From the NCBI RefSeq assembly GCF_000981445.1, contig NC_027216.1, forward strand, positions 124,001-188,000: DNA of 64,000 nt, written 5' to 3'. The notes beneath the pieces are model-generated. The model saw nothing but the letters and a program-made list of their open reading frames with translations, had not been told where the DNA came from and made no database searches. Shown piece by piece: positions 22,130 to 34,348 of the stretch; within the stretch, counting starts at the first letter, position 1, and every line of letters starts with the position of its first letter. Origin of the DNA: Babesia bigemina (lineage: Eukaryota). The position numbers and the translations under genes are program-made.

Positions 22130-23856
22130 ATGGTGATCCGGAAGAAGGAGGTAGATGGGTTGCGCGTGGTGAGTTACACATCTGCTAGACAGCACAGCGC
22201 CGTGTGCTTCGTCGCTCCGGCGCCGTTAGACACCAGCGGTTCGTGTGTGTACGACTCTCGCCGCGGCGTGGCGTGTGGAATCCCGGCCGCCAGAGCTGCA
22301 GCGAGACTGCAGCGTTGCGCTGCCGGCGCACGTAAAGGGGTCGCTGTCTGGTGCACTGCCACAAGCACAATCGGTGGCAGTTGTTTGGTAAACGGCTGCA
22401 CTCGAGTTTAGTGTCTGTTTTGTGCCCATTATGCGCTGTTCCAGCTCTGTCTTACGTTTTGCAGGGCCCATTCTCCAAGGAGGAGGAGAGCACCCTCCGC
22501 GGGGCAATCGAGAACTATGTGAATGAGCAGTTTGGCGGCGACAAGGAGGCTGCCATGCGCAATCTGGTCACACAGCGCGGCAGGGAACCGTCCGACGCGC
22601 TCCTCATTGGCAGGAGTGCGCTGCCGCACCGGCACCCGAAGTCGATCTACAACTTCATTCGCAGGCGCATCCTCCAGCAGAAACTGGGCAGGTGGACCAC
22701 GGAAGAGGTGTACATGCTGCTGGATCACTACTTCAAGAACGAGAACTCGCAGGACGACGAGTCAAAGAACAAGCAAAGGTGGCGAGGTGTAGCGCACCAG
22801 ATAAAGCGGCTCCCGGAGCAGGTCCACGACAAGTGGAAGGAAATCCGGCCGCACATAGACGTGTATAGGCGCATTTTTGAACAGGATGACCTCAGCAAGG
22901 AGGAACGTCTGGACTTTATTGCGCAGGTCTGCAGCGGCAAAAGCTACCCCGCGCAACATCTGTGGAAAAGTGCGAACGGGGAGAGTCTCTCGGTCAGCGC
23001 GTCGAAGGGAGCGCCAAGCTCGATCTCTGTTCAACGGAGCCATCTGGACGAGGAGACGCGCAAACGCGTGCACGAATACATAGTGCAGCTCGTCGAAGAC
23101 GGAACCATTCGGCCGCCCGTTGTGTACAACATCCCGTGGATAAAAGTGCGAGATAAATTCACTGCGTTCTCGGAGTCTCAGATCAGGCTTGGGTGGACGC
23201 TGACCACGTTTCCCGTCGCCATCAAAAAACATAACCCAGCGTTCAGCAAGCTGGTTGTCGCCCGGTGTGGCATCTACCTGATGTACAAGAGCCGGAAAAT
23301 ACCCGACCGGCTGAGCCATGTCGACTTCGCGGATTGGTTCCCACAATTACCGCATTTGTACGTCTCGATGTGCGTGAACTCGCTCCTGAACAAATGCATA
23401 TCGAGGTTCAGAAGGGGCACACTCCGGAACGCCGACGTGCGCTACGCCAATGAGGCCGTTGTTAGCGGCGCCGACCTGTCCGCGTTGAAAAACGCCAAAC
23501 CCCCGGAAATCCAGTGCTCAATCAAAGCCATAGAGAACAAGGAACCTTCAAAGTGGAAAGAGTCCACGGCGTTCTTCAACGACGAAGGGACCAGGAACCT
23601 GCTCTCCGGGCACTGTCGGAGCGCTGGCTCCCGCTGGGTGGAGGTGAAGGGGGGGCGGTTGTACCTGTCGCTCAAACGGCAGATCAAGCTGGCATACTGC
23701 GAGACAAGGGCCGACAAGCACTTCGAGTCGGACATGTCTATTCTCGCATCCATCTCACCATGCTCGTTGCCCACGATGAGCGACGACGATCCATGGTGGG
23801 ACTACTGGCAGCCAGACTCGCCGGAAACCACGAGCTCCAACTCACGCTTAGTGTAA
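22130..23856 (+). CDS. Myb-repeat DNA-binding protein, TTF1/Reb1/DMTF1-like
   Basis: Exon 22130-22168 splices (gtgagt...tttgcag) to 22465, giving GPFSKEEESTL...RHPKSIYNFIRR...GRWTTEE...RWRGVAHQIKRLPEQVHDKWK, i.e. tandem Myb repeats. Confidence 0.75.
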
Positions 23857-24410
23857 CACCTGTCTTCAACGCCCTCACTGTGTGTCGTATATGTGGCCAG
23901 CCGGGCATGCAACGTGCGCAGCCTGGCGATCTCCGACAGCGCGCACACCGCGCGCTCACATTCCGGCGTCGTCATTCCATGTGCGCGGCATCGGGCCACA
24001 ATCTGCGCTGCGTGGGAGCCGTCAGCCGTGACGAGCGAGGCGTCGGCCTCCGACAGGCAGCTGGGCAGCCCGGCCGTGAGCTCGTCGATGTGGCTCTGCA
24101 CGCGCTTCTGCAGCTGCGGACCGTTGCTGCCTGTGAACTGGCTCGCCAAGGCAGCCGCCGTGTTGGGCAACGGCACGCGGCGCGACCTGTCGTCGGCCTT
24201 GCGGAAGTTGATCGTGTCCACGCAATGGCGTAGGAACGCGTACTTCTGGTGGTAGGCGCGTTCCTCGGCGGTCCGCACCGAACGCCAACACGCGCGCTCG
24301 AAGTTGGCGGAGAGTCGCTGCACCTTCTCGATCTTGTACCTGCGGGACAGGCGACTCAGCTGGGCCAGCGCCTGGAGGCTGCTAGTCTTCACCCGTGCTC
24401 GGTTCCACAT
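23802..24410 (-). CDS. Hypothetical protein; either a separate gene with a basic N-terminus or the last exon of the upstream beta-propeller gene
   Basis: Open frame 23802-24605 with coding-like GC-rich codons and first ATG at 24410 (MWNRARVKTSS...). No recognisable motif. Confidence 0.45.
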   Translation of the reverse strand: MWNRARVKTSSLQALAQLSRLSRRYKIEKVQRLSANFERACWRSVRTAEERAYHQKYAFLRHCVDTINFRKADDRSRRVPLPNTAAALASQFTGSNGPQLQKRVQSHIDELTAGLPSCLSEADASLVTADGSHAAQIVARCRAHGMTTPECERAVCALSEIARLRTLHARLATYTTHSEGVEDRCYTKRELELVVSGESGCQ

Positions 24411-24839
24411 CGCCGGCGCCAGCTCGTAAAGCGTTTGACGTAGCCTAAACGAGCCGGGGTGTACCTTGGGTGCAGTATGGCTGGTGTGAGAGCAGCAACA
24501 TCGCGGCGTCAACGAGCTGAGCAGGCTGCTAGGCAGCGGCGCCGCTGCCCATTCTAATGCGAAGCGCCGACTACGGAACAGTTTTGTGCACGTTGAAAGC
24601 TGCAACTATTGTTATAGCGATAGTCAAGACTCGTGTCTAGCTACGCCGGTGGTAGCGGCACACCCGCTACACACCGACGTCGGACTATGGTCACCGGAGA
24701 GCACACATTGTAACGTGACACCCTCAGGTGAAGCGTTTGGCCCAGTAGGGCATCATCAGTGCGCCTTCTTGCTAATGAGTGCGACAGGCTGGGCGTCGCT
24801 ATCATCCGCGCGGAGGCAGGCAGGCAGTCTGCCAAGTCG

Positions 24840-26489
24840 TCACCATACCTTAGAAAGCAACTTCATGTTTTCCGGTGTCTGCCAGACCAACTTCTTGGGC
24901 TTCGACCACCCGTTCTCCGATTCCAAACGGCTGATGACGTACACGTCGTCAAAGGTGGTCAGCAGGAAGCTGGTGCCATCGACGCCGAGCTTGATGTCGC
25001 TGACCACTTCGCGCAACTGAGCCAGCAGCTGGTACGTGTTGCATTGGTCCGGCAGCAACGTCTGCAGCACCACTTCCGTACAGAACGTTGACGAATCCGC
25101 TAGAGACTGTTTTGCATCAACGAGGGGGGCGGTGTGGAAGTCGAACGGCAGCTGCATCACGCACAGCGATACGACGTAAGGTGACCCGTCGTGGCTGCAG
25201 CCCGATACCAAATGGGTGATTGCGCCCTTTTTGGCGCCGCGGCAGTGCAAGTAAGTCGCAGACTTGTGCGGCTGTAGCTCGTCGGGCCCCAACTTGAACA
25301 CGAAACAACGCAAGGCGCCGTCAGAGCACCCGGCCACGACGGTCATGCTCGTGGAGCTCGATGACCTTTGCCTGAAAGCCAGACACTGCACGTCCGAACG
25401 CTCGCCGGTGCACCTGGAGATGCTGTACAAGTCGGTGGTGTCCACTTCGGCTCCACTGCCGGCCTCGCCGTCCATCTCCTCAACCTTCCCGGTGACCGGC
25501 AGAAATACCACGGTGGCGCGGCCCTTGCTGAACCCAATCGCAACCCAGTAGCCCTTGCGTTCGCGGAATGTGGCCAGGCACGTGTTAACCAGGAGGCACA
25601 GAGCACGCGTGCCCTCGTCGTGCTCAGGGTGACACGACCCAGTCTCCGTGCCGCTGGAGAGGTCGTAAAAGGTCAACGTGCCGGTGGGTCCCAGCGATAC
25701 CAGTGTCGACGTGCCAGGCAGGTAGTCTACGTCCACGCACTCCCCTAAAGATTCAGGAGTGACCTTCGCAGCCGGGTGCACCCTAACGTCAGGGTGCACG
25801 AAACCCTCCTGGGTCAAGGGGTCATTGGATATCTTCAGCAGGTGCTCAACAGTCTGCTCGCTCGTGTCCCAGATGTAGATGTGCCTACAGCAGTGTGTGT
25901 GGTTGCGTTATCGGGAAGCTCGGCAGACAACACGCAGACATGTAGACACTTGTGAGGGAGGGGCATGCCGAAATGCCAACGGGGTCCACGTAAGACATCA
26001 AAGCTGTCGGCCAACTCAGCTTCTATTTCACATATACACCACTGTACGCGCTACTATCTGGCTTCGTAAACCGCTTGCGAGCTGTGCAGGATGGGTTTCA
26101 CGTCGTGGATTACCAAACGCTGTCCATGCGCTCGGCGACAGAACCCTGACGTCGCGGCGACTACCCTTTTGGGAGCGCGCGAAATCAACACATCGCGTAC
26201 GTAACGAACATTGCGCCGTCAATGCACAGATGTAACACGTTGGAATACGTAAACGCCGAACAAAGCGAACCTACCCTGCTGAGGTAAAGCATACCAGCTT
26301 CTTGCTGGCGCCCAAAGCCAGCAATTTGCCCGCGCTGCCGCACATACGCGTCAGCAGCCCGACGAATTCCATGGTTTCGCGTTTGAATACTGCGATAGAG
26401 GAGTGCGAGCCGTGGAATCCGAGGTACGCGAGGCGGTCGTCGACGGCGACGGCGGCCAGCTCACACACCGGCCTGCCCTCGCGATACAT
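24840..26489 (-). CDS. Divergent WD40/beta-propeller protein, multi-exon
   Basis: ORF 26271-26495 appears to splice into HIYIWD... and the 24840-25817 frame. Repeated beta-strand units include VDYLPGTSTLVSLGPTGTLTFYDL and VVAGCSDGALRCF. The 3' end is uncertain (possible donor gtatgg after KLLSK). Confidence 0.6.
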
Positions 26490-26637
26490 CGTCAAGTAAT
26501 CATAACACTACCACGACGTGCCATAAATACAGCAATTACGATATCAACAGTGTCCGCCAGTGCTGCGCGGAACCTCACAACGCTCACGCGGCGAAGTCGA
26601 GGTTGGAGTGCATCAGAGCTGTCGCAGCGGAGAAGCA

Positions 26638-27397
26638 CTACTTGGATGTTGACAGCAGCTCCAGCGCACGCTTGTACTTGCGAATTGCGGAGTCGTGAAT
26701 GTTGGTGCCCAGCCGACTCTGCTTGGCCTCCATGCGCTCGATGGCGGACTGCAGCCTCGACCGCAGCTGCTCCGCTTCGGTCTCAGCGGCAACGTGCTTT
26801 TTGCCCAGGGCGTTGAGGGTGTCGCTTACTGTGGCCTCCGCGCGATCGCGGGACTCCTGAATGTCCCGTGAACGGATCAGCAGGCGGCGGCGTCGGTTGA
26901 GGATCGGCCTCCCCTTCTTGAACAAATAGCGCACATGGTCAGCCGTCTCCTTCACGTGGACCTTCAGCACTCGGCCGTCGATGAAATAGTTGTTCATCGC
27001 CTCAGCCGTGATCGATGCGATTTCGTGGCTCTCGAACTTCACGTAGCAATAGCCCCTGGAGTTGCCAGTCTGAAGATGCGGTTAGCGGCCAGGTTTGATG
27101 CAAATATGGACTACAATGTACACTTCAGCAAAGCTGGTGGGCGAGATTCAGGCTCCCGTTGAAGCGTAGCGATGAACGAAACCACGTCGACACATTAAAC
27201 AGCGAAACTACCCAAACGTGAAAACGGTGCACGGTAACCACAATTATCGTAATACCCACCTTCTTGGACTTCATTAGCCGAATGTTGACCACGGTGCCGA
27301 ATTGGTTGAAGTACATCCGGATTTGCGATTCGGTCAACGTCTTAGGCAGATTGCCGACGTATATGACGCTGCTCTTCGTTGCCGCGTCATCATCCAT
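26638..27397 (-). CDS. NOP15: Nucleolar RRM protein NIFK/Nop15 (60S biogenesis), 2 exons
   Basis: Exons 27397-27260 and 27069-26638 give VIYVGNLP...[53 protein letters not shown], the NIFK/Nop15 RRM pattern. Confidence 0.82.
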
Positions 27398-29081
27398 TTT
27401 TATCAGTGCGGAAAACGCAGTAGCAACATGGCCGCGACCCAGAAGGTATGTGCGGTACGAGCCTGTGGAAGGCCGGCGGTAGCGGGTGTATACAACAATC
27501 AGAAGAAAATAACTTGTAAGCTTCTGAGTTAGATACACGATCGGATTAATGCAGTTTATATGGCGTCACTGTTAGTTATTCGCTGCTCAAGAGGGGCTCA
27601 AATCGGTGTACAGCGTATCCGCTGAGCGATAGAACTAGCTAAGTCACACACTAGTCGGCCACGAAGCGGGCATATCGCTCGCTGGGTCTTTCCTACAATT
27701 AGTTCGTACATATAAGACGTCTGGTTGTACAAATATACGTCACTTAAGCCTGCCTGAGGGTTTTTAACGCGTCGTCCGCCAAGGCAGCCGGCTCAAGCTC
27801 CGCTGAGGAACGCATTATACGCCTGGGAGATGCGGTGTCATGCAGTAAAATGACATTCTACTCACGCCGAGTCGTGTTGGTAAGCATGGTCGTTGTTATC
27901 TGGTTTGGATCTGGCGCTTTATCTTAATTTTGACCTGCATTGTGGTCGGTTGCGTGCTTCGTCGGCAGCTTTTGCGATGGATGCATCAATTGCGCTTGCA
28001 GGGGTGGGAGAGTTTGCACGTGTCTCGCTAATACGATCTGATCGCGTCGCTCGTCCACGACTCAACTGCTGAATACAGGTCTACCACGACACTGTGGGCG
28101 CCGTGAATTGCAATCTTGCATATCTCTGTACTTCGCGGGCGCATTTGTATATCGCATGGACGTCTTCCACATCTGTTGTTGACTCGCCGACGTCAAGGCG
28201 CTGCTCACCTACGGCACGAAGATGTGCTGAGCCTACGGCATCGACTGCTTCGACGGCGGCCCTGTGGGCCAGCTTGGGATATCGCATTCACGTTGCAATT
28301 TGCTATTAGGCGACCTAATGCGCTACGGTGGTTGTTAGTTGCGTGGCCGTAGATGTTGATCACGGCCATATCCTCGGTCACGCAAAACTGGCACATTTAT
28401 GGGTTTGGCGGCGCTGGCGGGGCGCTATGGGCGGTTCTAGTAGCACGTTTGGCTCATACGAATTATACATTGCTGATGTGTTGGTTGGTGAATAAACCTT
28501 CGGTACGTTGAGCGGCAGGCTGTTTAGACCTGGATAATGGAATGTTAAGTCACGTAGTTTTTTTCGACGTCAGCTATTAGACGCGCCTTTCTGAGTGCCT
28601 TCGTGAATAAGCGGTCGAGATGTGTGTAGGCAACGAGCAGGGGTGTGATGCTACGTGCCGCCAGGGTGTTCACCTCTCTGATGACCACGGAGCGGCGCAC
28701 ACAGCAACACACAGCTCGCAGCCCATTCTAACATTACAAATGTTGACGCTTAGCCGCATCTAAACCAAGAAAGCCCCGGTTCGGTACGCGCAGACCTTGT
28801 CTGAAACCCAGATACCGTAATGGCATGCGTGGTGGATACTACATGCCACATCAATGGTATCAGCCTGTCTAAGACAAGGCAGCTCCGGGATTATCGCGGC
28901 TCTTGCGTCTGTATACGTTGTGAATAGGCACATATGTCCATATATTAAGCGTGTTTCGGTGGAGGGTGAGGGCGCTGTTGTGCTTAGCCGCCAGTAAGAC
29001 GTATCGGGTTGCACACGGGTTTCTAATAGACCAACAGGTCGCGCTTTTGTGCAATCGCAAATCACGATTACGCTCAACAAA

Positions 29082-29783
29082 ATGGCTTACGCTTCGCTGA
29101 CCGAGGCTCCGCGCAACGTCAAGGAGGGTATCGACTGGCTGATAGCCCTGAAGGGAGATGACGCCGGGCGAAATCTGACTTCTATGGGACTTGCTATCTA
29201 CAATTTGCTGACGCACAAGCCTGTTGGCAACTTGAACAAGCCAGCTCCTGAGAAGGTTGAAGAGGGTTCCGAGGAAGTCGAGGGTCAGAGTGGCCAGGAA
29301 TCCGTGCAGAGCCTACGGGAAATGAGCACCAGGGCTTTGGCTGAGAATCTCGCGAAACTCAGTAACAACGAGCGACTTGCGGTAAGAATCATCGCGCTGA
29401 AGTTGAGTCACGTTATTTTGGCCTGTCAGCAGTTCCTGGATGACGTCAAAGATGGTGACCGGTACGTGTCTGCATACGGTCCAGAAGCCACCTGGGATGT
29501 GTCGTGCGCAGAGAATCCCGAAGAATGCGTGTCGGTTTTCGTCGATGTCGCGCCAATGTTGCACGGAGGGCTGAAGGCCTTGAGGAAGGCGAGCGATGGT
29601 AAAATACTGGGAATCCCAAGTGCTGAGGATACTGAGCGCGTGCAGGAGATTATGAAGGCCTTCGGTTACAACGAGTCAGAAGAGCGCGCCGAGATGACTG
29701 CTACGCATGTCTCCGAGGCCTTGAGGGGCGTGAAGAAAATATTTGGAACACTACACGACATTGCTATATTGTGCGCTCTGTGA
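29082..29783 (+). CDS. Short VESA-like (variant erythrocyte surface antigen N-terminal domain) family protein
   Basis: Starts MAYASLTEAPRNVKEGIDWLIALKG, like the VESA1 SLTxAPxNLKEAIDW motif. It has YVSAYGPEATWDVSCAENPEECVSVFVDVAPML and is clearly paralogous to 52998-53759. Confidence 0.78.
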   Translation: MAYASLTEAPRNVKEGIDWLIALKGDDAGRNLTSMGLAIYNLLTHKPVGNLNKPAPEKVEEGSEEVEGQSGQESVQSLREMSTRALAENLAKLSNNERLAVRIIALKLSHVILACQQFLDDVKDGDRYVSAYGPEATWDVSCAENPEECVSVFVDVAPMLHGGLKALRKASDGKILGIPSAEDTERVQEIMKAFGYNESEERAEMTATHVSEALRGVKKIFGTLHDIAILCAL

Positions 29784-30707
29784 GGAGCAGCTATTTGAAG
29801 GACTGTGCAGGCACGGAAACAAGAGCAGCCTCAAATATTCACACCCTCCCGGTTGCAATCACACAAAGACCGGAGGAGGTTAGCATTTGCCGATATTTCA
29901 ACTCTCATTCGAAGGGCATAACATAGCTTCACTTAATGGTCGTATCATCAAGATGTCGCAAAACTGTGCTAATTACAATGTAACGACTTTGGATTGTTGC
30001 CTAAGCAGACCCGTCGAGGGCGTAGGTACCCTAATGCAGTGTGATTTGTTGCGAGGAGACTGATAAATGGGTTGTGTAAAGTACCAAAGGCATAGCTTAG
30101 CAGTACTACCATGATATTGGTATGCATCACCCAACTCAAAAGCTAATGGGTTGCGTAGTTTAATTGTCGTGCGGTAGCATGTTCACGCCATGTCATTTCT
30201 TATGGTGCCAGTAGTCACCCCGGCATCACGCTCTTCCTAACAGCGTGCCGAATTCGACGGTTGATTGAATGGGTCATACATGATCCTTCATTAAACACTA
30301 ATGCTTGCTTTTACATATTGAACGTTAAGCACATGGGCTCAACGCTGAATAGATGTATACAGATGTGCTGTAGAACGTGCACCAACGCCAGTTATTGATG
30401 TTGATCCTAATCTAGAATCCTTCAATTTTTAGCTGTCGTAGGGGCGTCTTGATGCTTCGAACTATTATCCAGCATCACATCTAAAGGGGTAGAAACGGTC
30501 GTACAATATCGTTCCAGAGCATCGCTCATCAGCAGAGCATGCTGCCAGGACGCATACATGTGCTTCACTCTCCGGCAGGAGGGGTGTAGGTCTGCCTGAT
30601 TCTGCTCAGAGGGCAGTAATGGGAATGCTGCTGGCCGTGCTAATCGGAGCTGATGTGATAAAGCGCTCTGACATAGCTTCGGGTGAATATACGCATTACA
30701 GTGGGTG

Positions 30708-32060
30708 TTATAAGTTTTTCTTGTTCCATTCGTCGTACTCCCGCATTAGCCGGAGAGCCTCACGCTTGGTCATGGGATCGTCGTCAGGCATTTCCATGCA
30801 TGCTTCCATTTCGGGATCCGGCTCTGGCGGTTGCAGCTTCGACATATCGTATTCCAGATCGTACTTGGGGAAGTGGTGCCAGTTGTACATCCAGCCGTGA
30901 ACCTGTTCAACCGGAAACATCCGTGGCGGGCAAACTTCACCATGGCCGATGCTCAGTTGAAAAATCTTCTTCATGTCTGGAGGCGGCGGCACGTGTGTTA
31001 GTTTGGCCCTAATTTGTAGGGTGGCGTCACTCATATTACACTGCACGCTTCGCAGGTCGATGTACGAAAACGGCCTATACGCACGCTGTATCCTGTCCGG
31101 TATAGGGTCCCCCGTCAGCCCCGACTTCTTGGCCCTGTTGGGGTGGTTGGGGTCCCTCTTCCGCCCGAATGTGTTGAATTCGAACTGTTTCACCACCGTG
31201 TTTTTGGGTGCGTTGATGATGATCATCGGCGGCCGGTCCTTGGCCTTCGAGTAAAACGCGAAGTGGTTCATATCCTCATTATTCTCCACCACGCGGTTGA
31301 AAAGGTCGTTATAAGTGCTGTTGTATGACCTTTCGTGCTGTTCGAAGCCCCTAGGCACACCCTCGATGGACTCGTAATACTTGTGCGCCGTTTCCGTGAG
31401 ATGGAGTTGGTGAAGGTTCTCCCTCGCGTAGCGCTTTGGCACGTACCCATTCGACGAATCGTAGTCTATGGCAACGAATATATCATCTTTATCAACGCCC
31501 GGGAGCCACGTGGAGAGCACCAGATACGGTTCGCCTTCCCTCAGCAGCATCCCAGTGGTGTTGTAAGGCGGTGGGAATATGAAGCGCTTGTACGGTTCGG
31601 CAGCAGTTTCATCCGTACTCTTGCTAAGCTTCTCCTTCTTAGGCTTTTTCAACTTCTTCGGTGCTTGGGCATTCGCTGCCTCTATCTGTTCTCGTTCCCA
31701 CTCGTCGCCCGTCTGCGTCCTGCCGTCTTTGGAGTACAGGCATTCGTACGCCACCACAGTCCGTCCATAGAGACCTACATCCTCAGGCACGCATACTCCC
31801 GTGCGCGATATCGCCTTTATGGGCTGCAGCCTGTTGCTTGAATTGCGCAGCCTGCTGTTGAATGACTCCAAGCGCCCACCCGAGGGGCCGACGAACGCTG
31901 TGATGGGTGCATTCGGAGCTCCGCCCAGGCTTCCACGCGCGTTCCATGGTGATGTACCATGCCTGAACGAGCCTGCAAGTCCATGGTCCCTCAGCGTACG
32001 TCGGGCATCGGTAATCTGCAGCGTCAGAAAGATGAGCAACAAGCCGCAGGCTGGGCTCAT
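30708..32060 (-). CDS. Signal-peptide plus transit-peptide protein with a split HSP20/alpha-crystallin-like domain (probably apicoplast)
   Basis: Hydrophobic leader MSPACGLLLIFLTLQITDA, then a basic Ser/Arg-rich stretch with TAFV. LVLSTWLPGVDKDDIFV and IDLRSVQCNMSDATLQI match the two ends of an HSP20 domain. Confidence 0.6.
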   Translation of the reverse strand: MSPACGLLLIFLTLQITDARRTLRDHGLAGSFRHGTSPWNARGSLGGAPNAPITAFVGPSGGRLESFNSRLRNSSNRLQPIKAISRTGVCVPEDVGLYGRTVVAYECLYSKDGRTQTGDEWEREQIEAANAQAPKKLKKPKKEKLSKSTDETAAEPYKRFIFPPPYNTTGMLLREGEPYLVLSTWLPGVDKDDIFVAIDYDSSNGYVPKRYARENLHQLHLTETAHKYYESIEGVPRGFEQHERSYNSTYNDLFNRVVENNEDMNHFAFYSKAKDRPPMIIINAPKNTVVKQFEFNTFGRKRDPNHPNRAKKSGLTGDPIPDRIQRAYRPFSYIDLRSVQCNMSDATLQIRAKLTHVPPPPDMKKIFQLSIGHGEVCPPRMFPVEQVHGWMYNWHHFPKYDLEYDMSKLQPPEPDPEMEACMEMPDDDPMTKREALRLMREYDEWNKKNL

Positions 32061-32953
32061 TCTTTCCTTGAGCTAAACATTATAGCCGAAATGTCATGAT
32101 GCGATGGTTTGGCGTCGTATCGACGTTTAAAAGTTGATAGCTTGCCCGCAATTGGTCATTGTACAGGCAGACACCGAAGGATAGCGTTCCAGGCAACGCA
32201 TCCATACACGCTCAAAATCCCCTAAATTTTCATGCAGTCTATCCCTAATTTTGTATTATATCGCAATTTATGGAAATGGCAGTGGAATCCTGTTTATAAC
32301 TGAGTTGATAGGCGATTAGGACAGCGGTACACCCAGTGACAGAGGTAGAATTATCAGCCTTCTCGCAATTATATAGGATTAGAAGCACTGTTTTGTATGT
32401 GGTTGTGTATTAAGAACGGTACGGTACACGGTTGTGCTCATGAAAGGCCAAATTACCCTCCAGGCGCGCAGCCTTCCACAACGGCGATGGTTTGTTCAGG
32501 TACACACTTGCGAGTTTGGAACTCACGATACTGTATACCCGTGGTCATGTCCGCTAGAAGCTCTGTGGTAGCTGCAGCTCGCACGTGAAATGGGCATCGT
32601 GCCCGTTCCGGATGCCTAGGATGCCCGTCACATTCGTCGATGAAAGGGAGGCCAGCACTGCGCAGCCTTTCTACCGAGAAGTGGCGGCGTTCCGATTACG
32701 TAACTCGTCTGCATAATCTGTACGTACGAGATTCCAATGAAGTGTGTGCCAGGTAAGAGATCGGCAGCCGAATGCCACTGCAACGTCATGTACTTTTGCG
32801 GTTGTTCCACTGCTGACAACAAGTGCCAGATAGACAGAGAGCATTGACGATATTACTAGCTGTGAATGTATGACGACGCCCACAGAGGGCTCCAAAATAC
32901 AACTGCGATGGCCTTGCATGAACTAACGTTTAAAAGGCACAACTGTTTTCAGG

Positions 32954-34348
32954 TTGACCTCTGGAGCTTCAGAAGCCCAGGCATACCGGATAAAACTTGA
33001 GTTCCACTCTCGACTCTGCGGCAAAATCATACAACACCTGGAGAAGCAAGTCCGAATACCGGACGCTTGCCAAGGCGATAACGCTCGGTGGAGCTGCAGT
33101 GGGCTATATTTTGTGCTGCTCCACAACTTCAACAACATCCACCAGAAGGATCTGGTGGTGATTCTGGTGGCCATCGTCAAAATTTTGCGCGGCGGTCACC
33201 ACGGGCAGTATGCTCTGGGCGCGTTGCAGGAGTGCGCGCAGGCGTTTCTGACCTGCCTCTTCACTTGCAATGACCGCGTGTTACAGCGCGTGCACAAGAT
33301 CGCAGATGGCTCCGACCCGATCATGAATAAATGGCGTTCATTCGCCGAACTGTTGCGCCAGCTATCGGAACAAACTCAAGGGCATGCTCTGGACGCACAG
33401 GATGTGTCGAAGACATCAGGCATTGGGGATACCGGCATGTCGTGTTCTGACGACACATCGTGCTACGAAAAGTATATCGGTGTGGAAGAAATAATTGAGG
33501 AGAAGCGCTCTCCGGCCCGAGACTCGGGGGCTTTTGCCTGCACGGGCTGCCTGGCGAGGGATGCATCCGAGACCCTCTTCGCCAAGATCGTAGGGAAATG
33601 CACCCTGCAGAAGGATTTCGCGAGAGTGGCATTCGTGCTCTATTGGTTGTCGAAAGTAGGGTTCTCCAGCGAAATAACGACACGTTTCTTCGAGATGAAT
33701 TTGCGGAGAATGCTGGCACTGCAGTCCGACAACCGTTCCGAGCCCTGCCCTCGTGACTTCATAAGCGTTCTACGGTATTCACTGCATTTTGATATCGATG
33801 GCTCATTGCGCGAAGCGCTCTACGGCTACTTGGCAGCAAGCAACAAAAAATCGCTCCTGCACCTGACACTGCAGGACACAAACAACCTCGTCGATTGCCT
33901 CCTGGAAAAGGAACAGGCCGACCAGGGGCTTCTTGTCGCAGTGTTCGCGAACGTGCAGCTGTCCATCAAAGCGATGTCTTCACTGGGGGGTAAACAGCCG
34001 ATCGGGGTGGCGCACTCATACCTAGCGGAAAGACGCAGACTCGTGGAGGACGCACGGGCACACTGGGACAACATATTTGTCGACTTCGAGCAACTCAAAG
34101 ACTTGGTTAGCGCATTCGTAGGACGGGACTCGCTGTGCAACTTCCTGCAAAAACACTGCTTGCCACCTTCAGAGCTACGAGTGAAGTCCGGTTTTGACGC
34201 AGATGCGGTGAACCGCCACGCTGTCTTCGATATCGTCAGAAAGCTTCAGAAGCTCTGCCCTGCCATGGAGGAGACTCAAGAATATTGCGTGAAACTCATT
34301 GAGAGTGCGTTAAGGTCCTTAGATAACTCACAACATGCAAACCGTTGA
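32954..34348 (+). CDS. Hypothetical helical protein; long terminal exon, upstream exons unresolved
   Basis: 464-codon open frame preceded by a ttttcag acceptor at ~32952. No recognisable motif. Confidence 0.6.
   Translation: MTSGASEAQAYRIKLEFHSRLCGKIIQHLEKQVRIPDACQGDNARWSCSGLYFVLLHNFNNIHQKDLVVILVAIVKILRGGHHGQYALGALQECAQAFLTCLFTCNDRVLQRVHKIADGSDPIMNKWRSFAELLRQLSEQTQGHALDAQDVSKTSGIGDTGMSCSDDTSCYEKYIGVEEIIEEKRSPARDSGAFACTGCLARDASETLFAKIVGKCTLQKDFARVAFVLYWLSKVGFSSEITTRFFEMNLRRMLALQSDNRSEPCPRDFISVLRYSLHFDIDGSLREALYGYLAASNKKSLLHLTLQDTNNLVDCLLEKEQADQGLLVAVFANVQLSIKAMSSLGGKQPIGVAHSYLAERRRLVEDARAHWDNIFVDFEQLKDLVSAFVGRDSLCNFLQKHCLPPSELRVKSGFDADAVNRHAVFDIVRKLQKLCPAMEETQEYCVKLIESALRSLDNSQHANR

Noticed and set aside
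27587..27604. caagaggggctca, resembling the 3' conserved region of RNase MRP RNA
   Set aside because: No upstream GAAAGUCCCC-type partner for the P4 helix was found.
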